From an uncultured Gammaproteobacteria bacterium (GTDB taxonomy: Bacteria > Patescibacteriota > Microgenomatia > UBA1406 > HO2-37-13b), in assembly GCA_964476245.1 (NCBI GenBank), contig CAYYYW010000005.1:1-63754 (forward strand): 63,754 bases of DNA. The letters run 5' to 3'. A program made the position numbers and the translations under genes. The number at the start of each line of letters is the position of its first letter. The first letter of the stretch is position 1. Below the pieces are notes generated by a model. It saw only the letters and a list, made by a program, of their open reading frames with translations. It ran no database searches and was not told the DNA's origin. Below, one piece after another: positions 38,335 to 48,054 of this stretch.

Positions 38335-41300
38335 TCAAGAAATTTTTTTCGGCCAAAGAGAATCTTTTTTCTTTCTAACTTTATTAACTACAAAAATTAC
38401 CAGCTTTTTCAAAAGATTAAATGTTAGTTTAAGTCCTCTAATTATCAAACCTGCTGTTTTTTTAATGATAGTAACTACCGCCTTGTTAAATTTTCTAATA
38501 AAATTGGAATTTCTATACTTTATTTCTACAAAAGCTATTAGAGCTAAAATTATCCCAAAGCCAAAATATTTAAACATCTTGGAATAGTCTTTTGATATTT
38601 TATAATTATCCTTTTCATCAATTTGAAGTTTATTTCCCTCAGAAATTACTATTTTTTGTTTATTGAAGACGGTTCCAACTTCGCCATCCTGGACAGAAAC
38701 CAAAATTGCGCCGTTTTTAGTTTTTATAGTGTAATCAGTATGATAGTTTTTAACTAGAACGTATTCATTCTCGGGAAGCTGATTATTGTAATAGGCGAGT
38801 AGTTTTTCTTCGAAAAGATCAAGGTCGTAAACTTTTATCTTTAATAAAACCATCTCGATTGGTTGAGTAGCGTGAATCTGGGCTTGTCCATAAATAACTA
38901 TTGGGGTTCCGTCTCTTTGAGTAAATATTGTCTCGGGTGAAAACGTAATGGATCCAAAATTAGTACTGAAGGTTACTCTTTTCTTGGCTCTAAACATTCG
39001 GGTTTCGATACCAAACCAAGGTCTGGCATAAGTGTCTTGAAAAGTTAAAGTTCCATTTTTGTATTCGCATATTTCAAGATCCCCCACCCAATCTTCTCCC
39101 TCTTCGGCGCCGCTTAGTTCATCAGGATTGTATTCGGTATCATAAGAGCCAATTTTGTAGTAGGCCAGTTTTTCTCCTCTTACAGCTAAAAAGTAGATGC
39201 CTTTGTCGTTTGCGGCGACACGAAAAACATTCTTGTAGGCAAATTCAGGTGTTACATCGGCTCCACTTTTATCAAACACTTTTAAGGCCATCCATTCTCC
39301 GCCGGCACTTCCGGTGGTAGCAATAGCATACTCTCCGCCGACCGAAACAGCGGCGCTGATAGATGTTGAATGTCGGTCTAAATTATTTGTCCAGCTTCCA
39401 TCGGGGGAAATATAGTTAAGGGCATCGTCGCTACGAATAATCACAGTGGCGTCATCAAAACTGGTATCAATAACCCGGCTGACGCCTTTTAGATCAACCA
39501 CTTTACTTAGGTCCTCGTTTTTTAAGCTTCTTATACATTGACCGCCTTTACATCCGCCTATAAAATTATTATTCTTTAAAAAGAACATAGCCTCATTCAC
39601 CGAATAAGTTTGGGGGTTGGTGAATTTTTCGAGTCCCTCAATTTCGGCTCGGGTGAATTTGTAAAGAGAGCTGTTCATAAGTTGATAAGCATAAATGTAG
39701 GATCCGTCCGGGGAAACTTCCATAAAAACACCTTTCTTTTTCTCCATGGTGGTATTGTTGTATTCTTGGCCCGAAGCATTGAAAAGTTTGACTATTTTTT
39801 CTGCTTTTGTTGAGCTAAAAGTTCCCGGATTTACCATAAAACCAACCGTTCTTCCATCATATGAAGCATCTAAACCAGTCACTTGCTGGCCGGTTGTTGA
39901 GGGAACATCAACTACTCTAATCTCGTTTCCGCTCTCTGGAGTTATGAAATATAATTTTCCGGAATTGGGCCTATTTATGCTGGTATACAGAACCAGCAGC
40001 TTACCATCCTTGGTAAAAGTAGCGTTTGATGTCCAATTTCCTTGGGGCATTTCCTTTTCCCACAATAATTGAGGGGTGTGGATAGTCAAACCCTGGTCAG
40101 TTTGTCTTCCCAAAAGTTTTTCCATGATAAGTTCTACATTCTGTTCCGGGGCCGTTAACACGATACTCATTGACGTAGCGTAATACCCTGGAATAGATAA
40201 ATTAAATTCATATTTTCCGGGTTGGATATCTTCAAAAGACCCCTCACCTTCAACATGAAAAGGGTGGCTATATTTTTGATTGGAAGCGGTAACATCTCCG
40301 GTTAAAAAGTGACCGTGTCTATCTTTAATTTTTATATTCAACAAAACAGGCTCATCCTGAAGGATAAAATTGACTCCGGTATGTAAAAGACCCGGAACAT
40401 CGCAATATGTTCTTATATCATTTCCGGGGTTAAAACTCATTTCTACTTCCTGGGTTTGGGTTTGAGTATAGTCAGGATGGGAGACAGTAATTGTTAGTTT
40501 TCCCAGTTGGCTGATGCCGCCGAAGGAATAATTACCAAACCTATTTGTAGTCGTATTTTGGCCGTTGCTCAAGGTTACAGTAGCCCCCTGAACATTTTTA
40601 TCGTCCAAATTTTTAACACGGCCGGATATCATGCCCGCGTACAGGGGTATTTCAAAGGAAGTTGTTCTTTTGCCGCCGTACGGGTCTTCGACAATAAGGG
40701 TGTAGTTCTTTCTGGAGGTGCAACTTCCGCTACCGTTGGAAACGTCGACAATAATTTCATGATCAAAATTTGCTGAACTTAAACCCGGGATCATGTTTTC
40801 CATTTCGTGGAATGTGGTATCTCCCGGCTTGTATTTTCCCTCGTACCATTTTAAAACTGCATTTCCTTCTTCTTCACCGAGATTTTTTATCTTAACGTTG
40901 ACTGAGAAATCGGTTAATGTATTGTGGCCTATATTTACTTGAACATCTTCAAACTCAAATTTTGCCGGAGTTGGCCGGTTATCAATTTCTAAGACATAAG
41001 AGTTATCCAACTCATTGGATTCCGGTATAAATTGGGACGGATCAACAACTAAGACAACTTTTGTCAGTTCATTAGCCGGAGGATCAAAAGGTATGGTTTT
41101 TTCCCAAACCGGTGGTACATAATGCTTGTCGGCATCCGACTTAAGCCAACCTAGATAACTAGAGACATTGCTTTCGTCAATGAGAAAGTCCAGGGCCACA
41201 TCACCAAAAGTCGGTGGTAATCCTTGTCGCGAACCCCAAAAAAGCAGTTCGGGAATTGTCTCGTTGAAGAGCATCCCCCGCCCGGTTACAATGCCGTCTC

Positions 41301-41859
41301 TATTGGGCGTAGATCCCCAATTGGCCTGGACATCAATATCCCAGGCATAGCCCCGGCCGTTATTGATAACTCTAAAGGTTAAGGTTTTCGCTACTTTGTC
41401 ATAATAGATCCCGTGAAAGTAATTTGAAAAGGGACTTCCCACACTTAAGTTAGGGGCATACAAAAGCGGATTATAATCGCACGCCGCTTTGCAAGAATTT
41501 AGCTGAGGAACAATGCAATCTTCGATGATGGGTTTACAAACAAACATGGTTTTGAAAACATCCGCCAGATCGACAATTATGGCAGGCGAATTTTTCATAG
41601 CCAAGCTATAAGCGGCTTTGATGAAAGAAATTGCTTTTATAACAAGACTTCCGGTACCTGTCGAACAGGTTTGTATGACCATGTCATAGCACATATCCCC
41701 AACCCAATAGAATTTATAGGCACCGCATTCCGAATAACATCTTGCCTGCTGTTGGGTATCGAAGTTGGTATCGGCAAAAGTATGTCTTGGGAATACAAAA
41801 AAAGAAAGGGTAACTAACAAAAGGATACTAATTCTTTTAGTTAATAAGGCTTTATTCAT
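38335..41859 (-). CDS. 1174-aa surface protein (Cys-rich N-domain, CARDB-like, two carboxypeptidase-regulatory-like domains, beta-propeller-like region, C-terminal TM anchor)
   Basis: Signal peptide; NVKIKNLGEEEGNAVL (CARDB-like); ISGRVKNLDDKNVQGATVTLSNG..FGNYSF (CarboxypepD_reg-like); C-terminal TM FGFGIILALIAFVEI. Confidence 0.6.
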   Translation of the reverse strand: MNKALLTKRISILLLVTLSFFVFPRHTFADTNFDTQQQARCYSECGAYKFYWVGDMCYDMVIQTCSTGTGSLVIKAISFIKAAYSLAMKNSPAIIVDLADVFKTMFVCKPIIEDCIVPQLNSCKAACDYNPLLYAPNLSVGSPFSNYFHGIYYDKVAKTLTFRVINNGRGYAWDIDVQANWGSTPNRDGIVTGRGMLFNETIPELLFWGSRQGLPPTFGDVALDFLIDESNVSSYLGWLKSDADKHYVPPVWEKTIPFDPPANELTKVVLVVDPSQFIPESNELDNSYVLEIDNRPTPAKFEFEDVQVNIGHNTLTDFSVNVKIKNLGEEEGNAVLKWYEGKYKPGDTTFHEMENMIPGLSSANFDHEIIVDVSNGSGSCTSRKNYTLIVEDPYGGKRTTSFEIPLYAGMISGRVKNLDDKNVQGATVTLSNGQNTTTNRFGNYSFGGISQLGKLTITVSHPDYTQTQTQEVEMSFNPGNDIRTYCDVPGLLHTGVNFILQDEPVLLNIKIKDRHGHFLTGDVTASNQKYSHPFHVEGEGSFEDIQPGKYEFNLSIPGYYATSMSIVLTAPEQNVELIMEKLLGRQTDQGLTIHTPQLLWEKEMPQGNWTSNATFTKDGKLLVLYTSINRPNSGKLYFITPESGNEIRVVDVPSTTGQQVTGLDASYDGRTVGFMVNPGTFSSTKAEKIVKLFNASGQEYNNTTMEKKKGVFMEVSPDGSYIYAYQLMNSSLYKFTRAEIEGLEKFTNPQTYSVNEAMFFLKNNNFIGGCKGGQCIRSLKNEDLSKVVDLKGVSRVIDTSFDDATVIIRSDDALNYISPDGSWTNNLDRHSTSISAAVSVGGEYAIATTGSAGGEWMALKVFDKSGADVTPEFAYKNVFRVAANDKGIYFLAVRGEKLAYYKIGSYDTEYNPDELSGAEEGEDWVGDLEICEYKNGTLTFQDTYARPWFGIETRMFRAKKRVTFSTNFGSITFSPETIFTQRDGTPIVIYGQAQIHATQPIEMVLLKIKVYDLDLFEEKLLAYYNNQLPENEYVLVKNYHTDYTIKTKNGAILVSVQDGEVGTVFNKQKIVISEGNKLQIDEKDNYKISKDYSKMFKYFGFGIILALIAFVEIKYRNSNFIRKFNKAVVTIIKKTAGLIIRGLKLTFNLLKKLVIFVVNKVRKKKDSLWPKKIS

Positions 41860-41911
41860 TTCGCACTTATATTATTGAACATTTTTTCCTCTGAGTCAAT
41901 ATTCTAATGTC

Positions 41912-41954
41912 TTTTGATAGTTAGTATTACTTAATACAAATTTTTGATAGTTAG
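41912..41954. promoter_or_regulatory. Two direct 13-nt repeats in a divergent intergenic region
   Basis: ttttgatagttag at 41912-41924 and 41942-41954, spaced 30 nt start to start. Confidence 0.25.
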
Positions 41955-41992
41955 CTTTATTATTATTAAACTCAGCAAGAAACTACGTATCT

Positions 41993-42062
41993 AAAATCAA
42001 GCAATAAATAAAGCAGATTGTATGTTTTAATTGTTACAAAGCCATCCGTAATCCCCGCGGTT
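41993..42062 (+). repeat. CCGCGG-family repeat, 70-nt long form, plus orientation
   Basis: 63/70 identical by hand alignment to 62834-62903; ends ..ccgtaatccccgcggtt. Confidence 0.75.
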
Positions 42063-42111
42063 ATGTTAAATTCGATTGCGCAATGATTTAGATATGGTTA
42101 TAATAAATAAC

Positions 42112-42906
42112 ATGAAGAAATTACTGATTCTTTTGATAATCTTTGCTATTTTTGGTCCTGTTTTTATTCTCGGCTACCTGGGTTTTATCCCTGGTTTGTC
42201 AACCTTGCTTGGTGCCAACAGACCGCGTGATTTAGGGATAAAATACACCCAGGATGATTTAAAATCGTGCCGATCTAAAAGCCACGTTGAATATACGAGC
42301 TTGCCGGATAGTTCTTCTTCCTCGCAAACTCGCCAATTTTCCGGTCAGAGAGAAGTTACGGCTGAATTTACTTCAACGGAAATTACTGCTACCATGAATA
42401 ACCAACCTTGGCACTTCTGGCCTTATCAAAATGTCCAAGTTAAATTCAATGCCGACGGCTCGGGAGAAATTTCCGGCGCTTTAATTAAAGAAAGAATCCC
42501 AAGCTATGCCGAAACCATAGGTATTCCTAAAGAAGCGGCTGATTTTGCCATGAAATTTTTACCGGCCAAGCCGGTATTTTACGTAAAAATGAAAGCCGCC
42601 TTAACCGATAACAAAGTCTCCGTTTTTGAACCTCAAGCTCTACAAATTGGTCGGCTACCGATGCCTTTATCTCTTTTTCTGTCATTTAAAGGGCCGCAAC
42701 TTATTAACGCTGCTTTTGCTCAGGATATAGGAGAAATGTCACAGGAGTTATCAAAAGTTCAAAATAAAAAGGCGTTGATAATAGGCTATATCAACAGTCG
42801 TCTTTCTTCTGCTTTTGGAAATTTTTATGCCAAAAAGGCTTATCCTGGTGAAAATAAATTGTTCTTTGAAGGTATTTTATCCGAAAAAATCTCTTATACT
42901 CCTTAA
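42112..42906 (+). CDS. Hypothetical membrane-anchored protein
   Basis: MKKLLILLIIFAIFGPVFILGYLGF anchor. ATG 42112 preferred to the 42076 start. Confidence 0.5.
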   Translation: MKKLLILLIIFAIFGPVFILGYLGFIPGLSTLLGANRPRDLGIKYTQDDLKSCRSKSHVEYTSLPDSSSSSQTRQFSGQREVTAEFTSTEITATMNNQPWHFWPYQNVQVKFNADGSGEISGALIKERIPSYAETIGIPKEAADFAMKFLPAKPVFYVKMKAALTDNKVSVFEPQALQIGRLPMPLSLFLSFKGPQLINAAFAQDIGEMSQELSKVQNKKALIIGYINSRLSSAFGNFYAKKAYPGENKLFFEGILSEKISYTP

Positions 42907-42964
42907 TCTAAAATCAGTTTCATTCAACCTGTCAGGTTAGTTTTCGGGTTATGGCGGAATTCTA

Positions 42965-43492
42965 CTATTGTGGTATCCCTGATATTTTTTCAAATAGGGC
43001 ACCAAGGTCCTTAAATTTGACATCGGTCGGCGGATTGAAAACCGAGTCGGAAAACACCGCTGTCCGGCAGAACTGTTTCTCTTTTTCCAGATTGTTAACG
43101 ATTTCCTCCGAGCTTAACCCTTTGTCTTTATTCATCTGTAAGGGCATGATTACCCCTTCTTTTTTATCTACATCCCAACTCCAGAGTTTATTGTCTTTAA
43201 TAATAGCGCCACTTTTGGTTTTTCCAGTCCCCGAGCTGTCAACCCTTATGGTTGTCCCTTTAATATAGGCAACGGTCTTAGTTTTGTCAGTTTTATATTC
43301 ACATTTAAGGCTTAATGACTTTGATATGGCATCTCTAATTGAATCAAAAACACCCTCTTTTTTTTCACCAGGTTTTTTTTCAGTAGTAACGTTCACGCCT
43401 GGTTTGGTGGTGTAGTTACGACTGACAAACATAATGGCGCCCACAGCTAAAACAACAAAAATAATTATTATTATTGGTGATATCTTTTTCAT
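42965..43492 (-). CDS. Hypothetical membrane-anchored protein
   Basis: 175 aa, N-terminal TM IIIIIFVVLAVGAIMF. Confidence 0.5.
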   Translation of the reverse strand: MKKISPIIIIIFVVLAVGAIMFVSRNYTTKPGVNVTTEKKPGEKKEGVFDSIRDAISKSLSLKCEYKTDKTKTVAYIKGTTIRVDSSGTGKTKSGAIIKDNKLWSWDVDKKEGVIMPLQMNKDKGLSSEEIVNNLEKEKQFCRTAVFSDSVFNPPTDVKFKDLGALFEKISGIPQ

Positions 43493-43673
43493 CCTGTCTC
43501 ACCTCCTTTGATTTTTCTATTTTAACATAAATTGGGTCGGGTTTTTAAAAAGGTACACCTGTTCAATTAAGAGAAATGGATTTAAACCCCACTTAGAAGA
43601 TTAAAGCAATCCATTGCGCTCCAGAGGTGATAAAAACTTAATTCTCTTAAACTGTGTATGATAAAATGAACAA

Positions 43674-44321
43674 ATGATTAAAGCAATCTTATTTGATTTG
43701 GATGGCGTTCTTGTCAACACCCTTCCTTTATATATTAAAGCCTATGATCGGGCACTTAAAGAACAAGATTTTACTTTTAGTAAAAAAGAAATCGTCAAGA
43801 CTTGTTTTGGAAAAACTGAAGAAACAATCTGTAAAAATTTAGGCATACCTAACAGAACTGAACAGTTTAGAAAAACATATTTTATTGGTGTAAACAACCA
43901 TTTCAATGAAGGGAAATTATTTAATGGCGTTTTGGAAATCTTGAATTTATGCATTGAAAGACAAATGAAATTAGCCATTATTAGTTTTGCTTATAGATGG
44001 TATGTAGATAAAATGGTAAAAAGATTTAATTTTGATAAGTACTTCAAAATTATTATTGGCTTTGACAATGTTAAAAAGGCAAAGCCTGATCCCGAAGCCG
44101 CGGTTCTTGCATGTAAACGATTTAATATTACGCCGTCCGATGCAGTTGTAATAGGGGACAGTAAAAGTGATATTCTTATGGGAAAAGCGGCAGGATGCAA
44201 GACGGTTTTATTTTACGCAAAGGGATACGACTTGTTTTACGATTTGAAAGTACTTAAAGAGAGTAATCCCGATAAAATCATTAAGGATTTTAAAGAATTG
44301 AAAGAGTTTCTATTAAACTGA
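43674..44321 (+). CDS. HAD-superfamily hydrolase (phosphoglycolate phosphatase-like)
   Basis: Motif I LFDLDGVL, motif IV GDSKSD. Confidence 0.85.
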   Translation: MIKAILFDLDGVLVNTLPLYIKAYDRALKEQDFTFSKKEIVKTCFGKTEETICKNLGIPNRTEQFRKTYFIGVNNHFNEGKLFNGVLEILNLCIERQMKLAIISFAYRWYVDKMVKRFNFDKYFKIIIGFDNVKKAKPDPEAAVLACKRFNITPSDAVVIGDSKSDILMGKAAGCKTVLFYAKGYDLFYDLKVLKESNPDKIIKDFKELKEFLLN

Positions 44322-44333
44322 TAAAATACTCCT

Positions 44334-44816
44334 ATGATAACCTGTGTATTCGAAAATAATAATAAAACTTCTTTGCGGCATGTAACAGTTAACGCGATCG
44401 TTCTAAAAGACAATCAAATACTTCTGGGTAAAAGAGGAACTCTAAATGGCAAACCAATACTTGAATCAGGTAAGTGGGGTTTATTGGGAGGATTTTTTGA
44501 TAGAGATGAAAATCTGGCCCAAGCAGTAAAACGTGAAGTAATGGAAGAAAGCGGTTGGGAAATTAACAATCTTCAGTTGTTGCAAATTAATGATAATCCT
44601 AATAGGCCTAGAGAAGACAGGCAAAACGTTGATATAATTTTTATAGCAAAAGCAGTAAAACAAGTTAAATCTTCGGACGAGGAAGTTAAGGAATTAAAAT
44701 GGTTTGATTTAGACAAACTTCCTCCTAAAGAATTAATTGCCTTCGATCATGGAGACAGCATAGATTTATACCTAAAACACCTCAATGAGAAAATGACATT
44801 ACCAATAGTGGGTTAA
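44334..44816 (+). CDS. Nudix hydrolase
   Basis: Nudix box GGFFDRDENLAQAVKREVMEESG. Confidence 0.85.
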   Translation: MITCVFENNNKTSLRHVTVNAIVLKDNQILLGKRGTLNGKPILESGKWGLLGGFFDRDENLAQAVKREVMEESGWEINNLQLLQINDNPNRPREDRQNVDIIFIAKAVKQVKSSDEEVKELKWFDLDKLPPKELIAFDHGDSIDLYLKHLNEKMTLPIVG

Positions 44817-44831
44817 GAAGTAATAGATTTA

Positions 44832-45152
44832 TTAGAAAAAATGCTTTTGTAGTTCGATAAGATCTTTACATCTATATTTTTTACATTCCTTGCAGTTTTT
44901 TATCTTTTTCTCAAAGCCGCAGTTTCTTATTTTACATCTTTGACAGTATAGATATATTGGTCCATCTGATAAACATCCATTGCAGTTTATATCCTCTGGT
45001 TTGATTGGAGATCTTCCACGATTATCTTTTCTATATCTTTCGTTCCACTCTTCAGCTGTCTTTTTTCTTAATTTGTCATCATTGTTTTTTGTAGCAATAT
45101 AAGCATCGCAAGTACTACAGTCTAACCTGCACATGGAAGTATATTTTTTCAT
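44832..45152 (-). CDS. Cys-rich DUF3795-like protein
   Basis: 106 aa with CxxC-type clusters (CRLDCSTCDAY.., CNGC, CQRCKIRNC, CKECKKYRC). Confidence 0.45.
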   Translation of the reverse strand: MKKYTSMCRLDCSTCDAYIATKNNDDKLRKKTAEEWNERYRKDNRGRSPIKPEDINCNGCLSDGPIYLYCQRCKIRNCGFEKKIKNCKECKKYRCKDLIELQKHFF

Positions 45153-45481
45153 AATAAGTTTTTTATTTTTTGTAATTTAACCCTGTTTCTTTTAAAGGCA
45201 TCTTCCATCACTTTTGATAGACTGATGTTGTATTTATTTGCCAGTTCCATCAAAGTAAATAAAACATCTCCTAGCTCTTCTTCGATATCCCCATGATCTG
45301 CTTGTGCTTTTTCACCACTTCCTACTTGTCTATCTCCTTCTTTGACAGTTATAGCTTCTCCAAGTTCTCCCATTTCTTCAACCAGATGGATATATTGAAG
45401 ATATACAGACCAGTTGAAATTGAACTGTTTAACTAATTCTGCTACTTCTTTTTGATATTGTTCTAAGGTTTTAGTATTCAT
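45149..45481 (-). CDS. MazG-like nucleotide pyrophosphohydrolase
   Basis: EEMGELGEA ... EELGDVLF metal-binding helices. Start overlaps the downstream gene by 4 nt. Confidence 0.8.
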   Translation of the reverse strand: MNTKTLEQYQKEVAELVKQFNFNWSVYLQYIHLVEEMGELGEAITVKEGDRQVGSGEKAQADHGDIEEELGDVLFTLMELANKYNISLSKVMEDAFKRNRVKLQKIKNLL

Positions 45482-45600
45482 AATTTTCTACCTTTATTCT
45501 ACTAAAAAAACGTAATTTTTGATAAAGATGATCTTGAAAAATAAGAAGGCCATTGTCATAATCCTATCAACCTATTATTGATGTTACACAACTACACAAC

Positions 45601-45617
45601 AACCGCGTGGGGTACGG
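45601..45617 (-). repeat. CCGCGG-family repeat, minus-oriented half copy
   Basis: aaccgcgtggggtacgg, 12 nt beyond the stop of the EEP gene. Confidence 0.6.
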
Positions 45618-45629
45618 CTATTGCTTTAA

Positions 45630-46454
45630 CTATTTAATCCCAAATTCTAATAATAATGGAAAATGGTCAGAAACATCAGAATCTATAACTTCAAATTTTT
45701 TTGTTTTAATCTCTTTACTAATAAATATATAATCAACAACATTTCGTTCTGTTGCGCTAAGTTCATTTGATTTGGGTCTAGTGCGCCCAATGTTATATTC
45801 ATCGACTAAACTTCTGAAATTATCTTTCAGAAGTTTTATTGATTCAGTGTTGGGAAATAAATTAAAATCTCCGCAAATGAGTGATGGATAAGCAACTTCA
45901 GATGCTAAATGAGTCAATTTTTGACAAGCTGATTTTGTACGGGTAGTCCCTTGTTTATTTTTTGACCATATACCATGATAGTTAAGAATTCTTAGTTTCT
46001 GAAAACTATTTATCTCAATATCAGCAATTTGTACCATTCTCGGTTCTTCTCCCGGATGATCCGACACATATTCCCAATCTGTCATATACGAAAAATGACC
46101 TTGTACAAAAACACTCACGCCTTGTAAAATTTTAAATCTACTCTTAATATAATTTCCGTATTCTATGAAACCTCCGAAGTCATGCTGAAATATTTTCTTA
46201 CCATGAAAATTGTTTTGTCTAAAATCCCTTAAACTCCAGTTAGGAGCATAAAAAGAATAAAATAATTCTGGAGTGGCTTTATCAATAGCGCTTTTAGAGA
46301 CAAAAGAATCTAGAGCAGAATCATCAACTTTCCTTGTTGCTTCCTGTAAACAAACAATATCAGGATTTATTTTTTTAAGGAATTGAATAAGTTTCTCATT
46401 ATTTTCATCAAAAATAGAAACGTTTAATGAGAGTAATTTAATTGATTTGTTCAC
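45630..46454 (-). CDS. Endonuclease/exonuclease/phosphatase (EEP) family protein
   Basis: LSLNV.., DIVCLQEA, C-terminal SDHFPL. Confidence 0.8.
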   Translation of the reverse strand: MNKSIKLLSLNVSIFDENNEKLIQFLKKINPDIVCLQEATRKVDDSALDSFVSKSAIDKATPELFYSFYAPNWSLRDFRQNNFHGKKIFQHDFGGFIEYGNYIKSRFKILQGVSVFVQGHFSYMTDWEYVSDHPGEEPRMVQIADIEINSFQKLRILNYHGIWSKNKQGTTRTKSACQKLTHLASEVAYPSLICGDFNLFPNTESIKLLKDNFRSLVDEYNIGRTRPKSNELSATERNVVDYIFISKEIKTKKFEVIDSDVSDHFPLLLEFGIK

Positions 46455-46534
46455 AAGAATAATTATATCAAGGACTCTAAAAAATTGTCCTGAACTTGTT
46501 GAAAGATTTCAAAATCTAATATGTTTCACCCATT

Positions 46535-46672
46535 GAAGTCCCGCTGAGCGGGACGAAGTTGGGGATAGAATGGTTTGATAGGCTTACCATCTTTTCGAGC
46601 TCCTTGAGTCTGAGCGTAGTCGAAGGATTATTATCCTGAGTGATCCGCCAGCTGGCGGAGAGTCGAAGGACA
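46535..46672. repeat. Cluster of GC-rich palindromic units
   Basis: gtcccgc-tga-gcgggac; tctgagcgtagtcgaaggat; atcctgagtgatccgccagctggcggagagtcgaaggac. Confidence 0.65.
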
Positions 46673-46686
46673 AACGAAAAAAAGAC

Positions 46687-48054
46687 TTAAGAAATTCTTT
46701 CAAATTTAGCTAAAAAGTGTCCTAATAGTGGAGGCGCATAAACTTTTTTAAGACCCTTTATTCTTTTGCGCCGCTGGTAAATTTTTATTAGACTGTCAGC
46801 TACGTAATCCAGATGATTGTTTGTATAAACTCTTCTAGGGATTGCTAATCTTAATAGATCTAATTTGGGTAAAATCATTTTCCCCGTTTTTTTATCTAAC
46901 TCACTAAAACATGATGTCCCAAGTTCTACTCCCCTGACACCTGACTCTATATATAACTCAACTACTAAGGTTTGTGAAGGAAATTGAGCTTGGGGAAGAT
47001 GGGCAAAGAATTTTTTACCATCAATAAAAACGGCATGACCACCCACCGGATTTACAGTGGGAATGCCCGCCTGATTAAGTCTTTTCCAGAGATACTTTAC
47101 CTGTGCATGTCTATATTCTAGATAGCTTTCTCTTGTTGACTCTTGTAGCCCGATGGCCATGCTGGCTAATTCTCGACAAGCCAATCCGCCATAAGTCGGA
47201 TAGCCTTCGGTGATGACTAACATGTTTCTAATCTTTTCAAAAATCATTCTGCTGTTGGTGGCTACTAATCCCCCAATGTTGGTCAAAGCATCCTTTTTCC
47301 CACTAAAAGTGCAGCCATCGGCAAAAGAAAACATTTCTTTGACAATCTTTGTTATATCTTTATTTTTATAACCTTTTTCTTTAATCTTGATAAAATAAGC
47401 GTTTTCCGCAAATCTGCAGGCATCAATAAAAAATGGAATTTTATATTTTTTTGCTATGTGACTTGTTTCCCTAATGTTTTCCATGGAAACAGGCTGACCG
47501 CCAACCGTGTTGTTGGTGATTGTCATCATTATCAAGGTGACTTTGTTTCTATTTTTTTTGACAAAACTCTCAAGCTTTTCCACGTTCATATTTCCTTTAA
47601 AAGCAACATCTTTGCTTGGGTTGTAAGCATCTTCTATCACAAAATCGCGGGGAATCCCACCAACAAATTTAACGTTGGCTTGAGTGGTATCAAAATGTGA
47701 ATTGTTCAGTACCATCTGTTTGGGTTTTACTATTGAAGAAAAAAGCAGATGCTCACCAGCCCGTCCTTGGTGGACAGGGACAAAATATTTAAATCCAAAA
47801 AGTTCGTGGACAACTTTTTCAAGCTGATAATAACTATTGCTGCCAGCGTAAGCTTGCTTGGTGGTCAACATCGCCGCCCATTGTTTATCACTCATAGCGC
47901 TTGTTCCGCTATCGGTCAATAAATCAATATAGATATCATCGATCTTTAACTGAAAAACATTATATCCCGCCTGTTTAATTAATCTTAGCCGTTCCGGTTT
48001 AGTAGATAAACTTATTTCCTCAACCATTTTAATTCTGAAGGGTTCTGGTTGCAT
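46687..48054 (-). CDS. Tryptophanase/tyrosine phenol-lyase family (beta-eliminating lyase)
   Basis: EPFRIKMVE.., DLLTDSGT, PLP-lysine context SGKKDALTNIGG. Collinear with E. coli TnaA as recalled from memory. Confidence 0.9.
   Translation of the reverse strand: MQPEPFRIKMVEEISLSTKPERLRLIKQAGYNVFQLKIDDIYIDLLTDSGTSAMSDKQWAAMLTTKQAYAGSNSYYQLEKVVHELFGFKYFVPVHQGRAGEHLLFSSIVKPKQMVLNNSHFDTTQANVKFVGGIPRDFVIEDAYNPSKDVAFKGNMNVEKLESFVKKNRNKVTLIMMTITNNTVGGQPVSMENIRETSHIAKKYKIPFFIDACRFAENAYFIKIKEKGYKNKDITKIVKEMFSFADGCTFSGKKDALTNIGGLVATNSRMIFEKIRNMLVITEGYPTYGGLACRELASMAIGLQESTRESYLEYRHAQVKYLWKRLNQAGIPTVNPVGGHAVFIDGKKFFAHLPQAQFPSQTLVVELYIESGVRGVELGTSCFSELDKKTGKMILPKLDLLRLAIPRRVYTNNHLDYVADSLIKIYQRRKRIKGLKKVYAPPLLGHFLAKFERIS

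Noticed and set aside
43568-43650. Imperfect inverted repeats (ttaagagaa/ttctcttaa and aatggatt/aatccatt) upstream of the HAD hydrolase as a riboswitch or sRNA.
   Set aside because: The two stems compete for the same nucleotides and are separated by a 26-nt asymmetric bulge. They are AT-rich and match no riboswitch class I can recognise.
33084-45617. Integron-style attC sites for the CCGCGG repeats.
   Set aside because: The cores do not fit RYYYAAC / GTTRRRY. Cassette genes are in mixed orientation, and no intI or attI is present.
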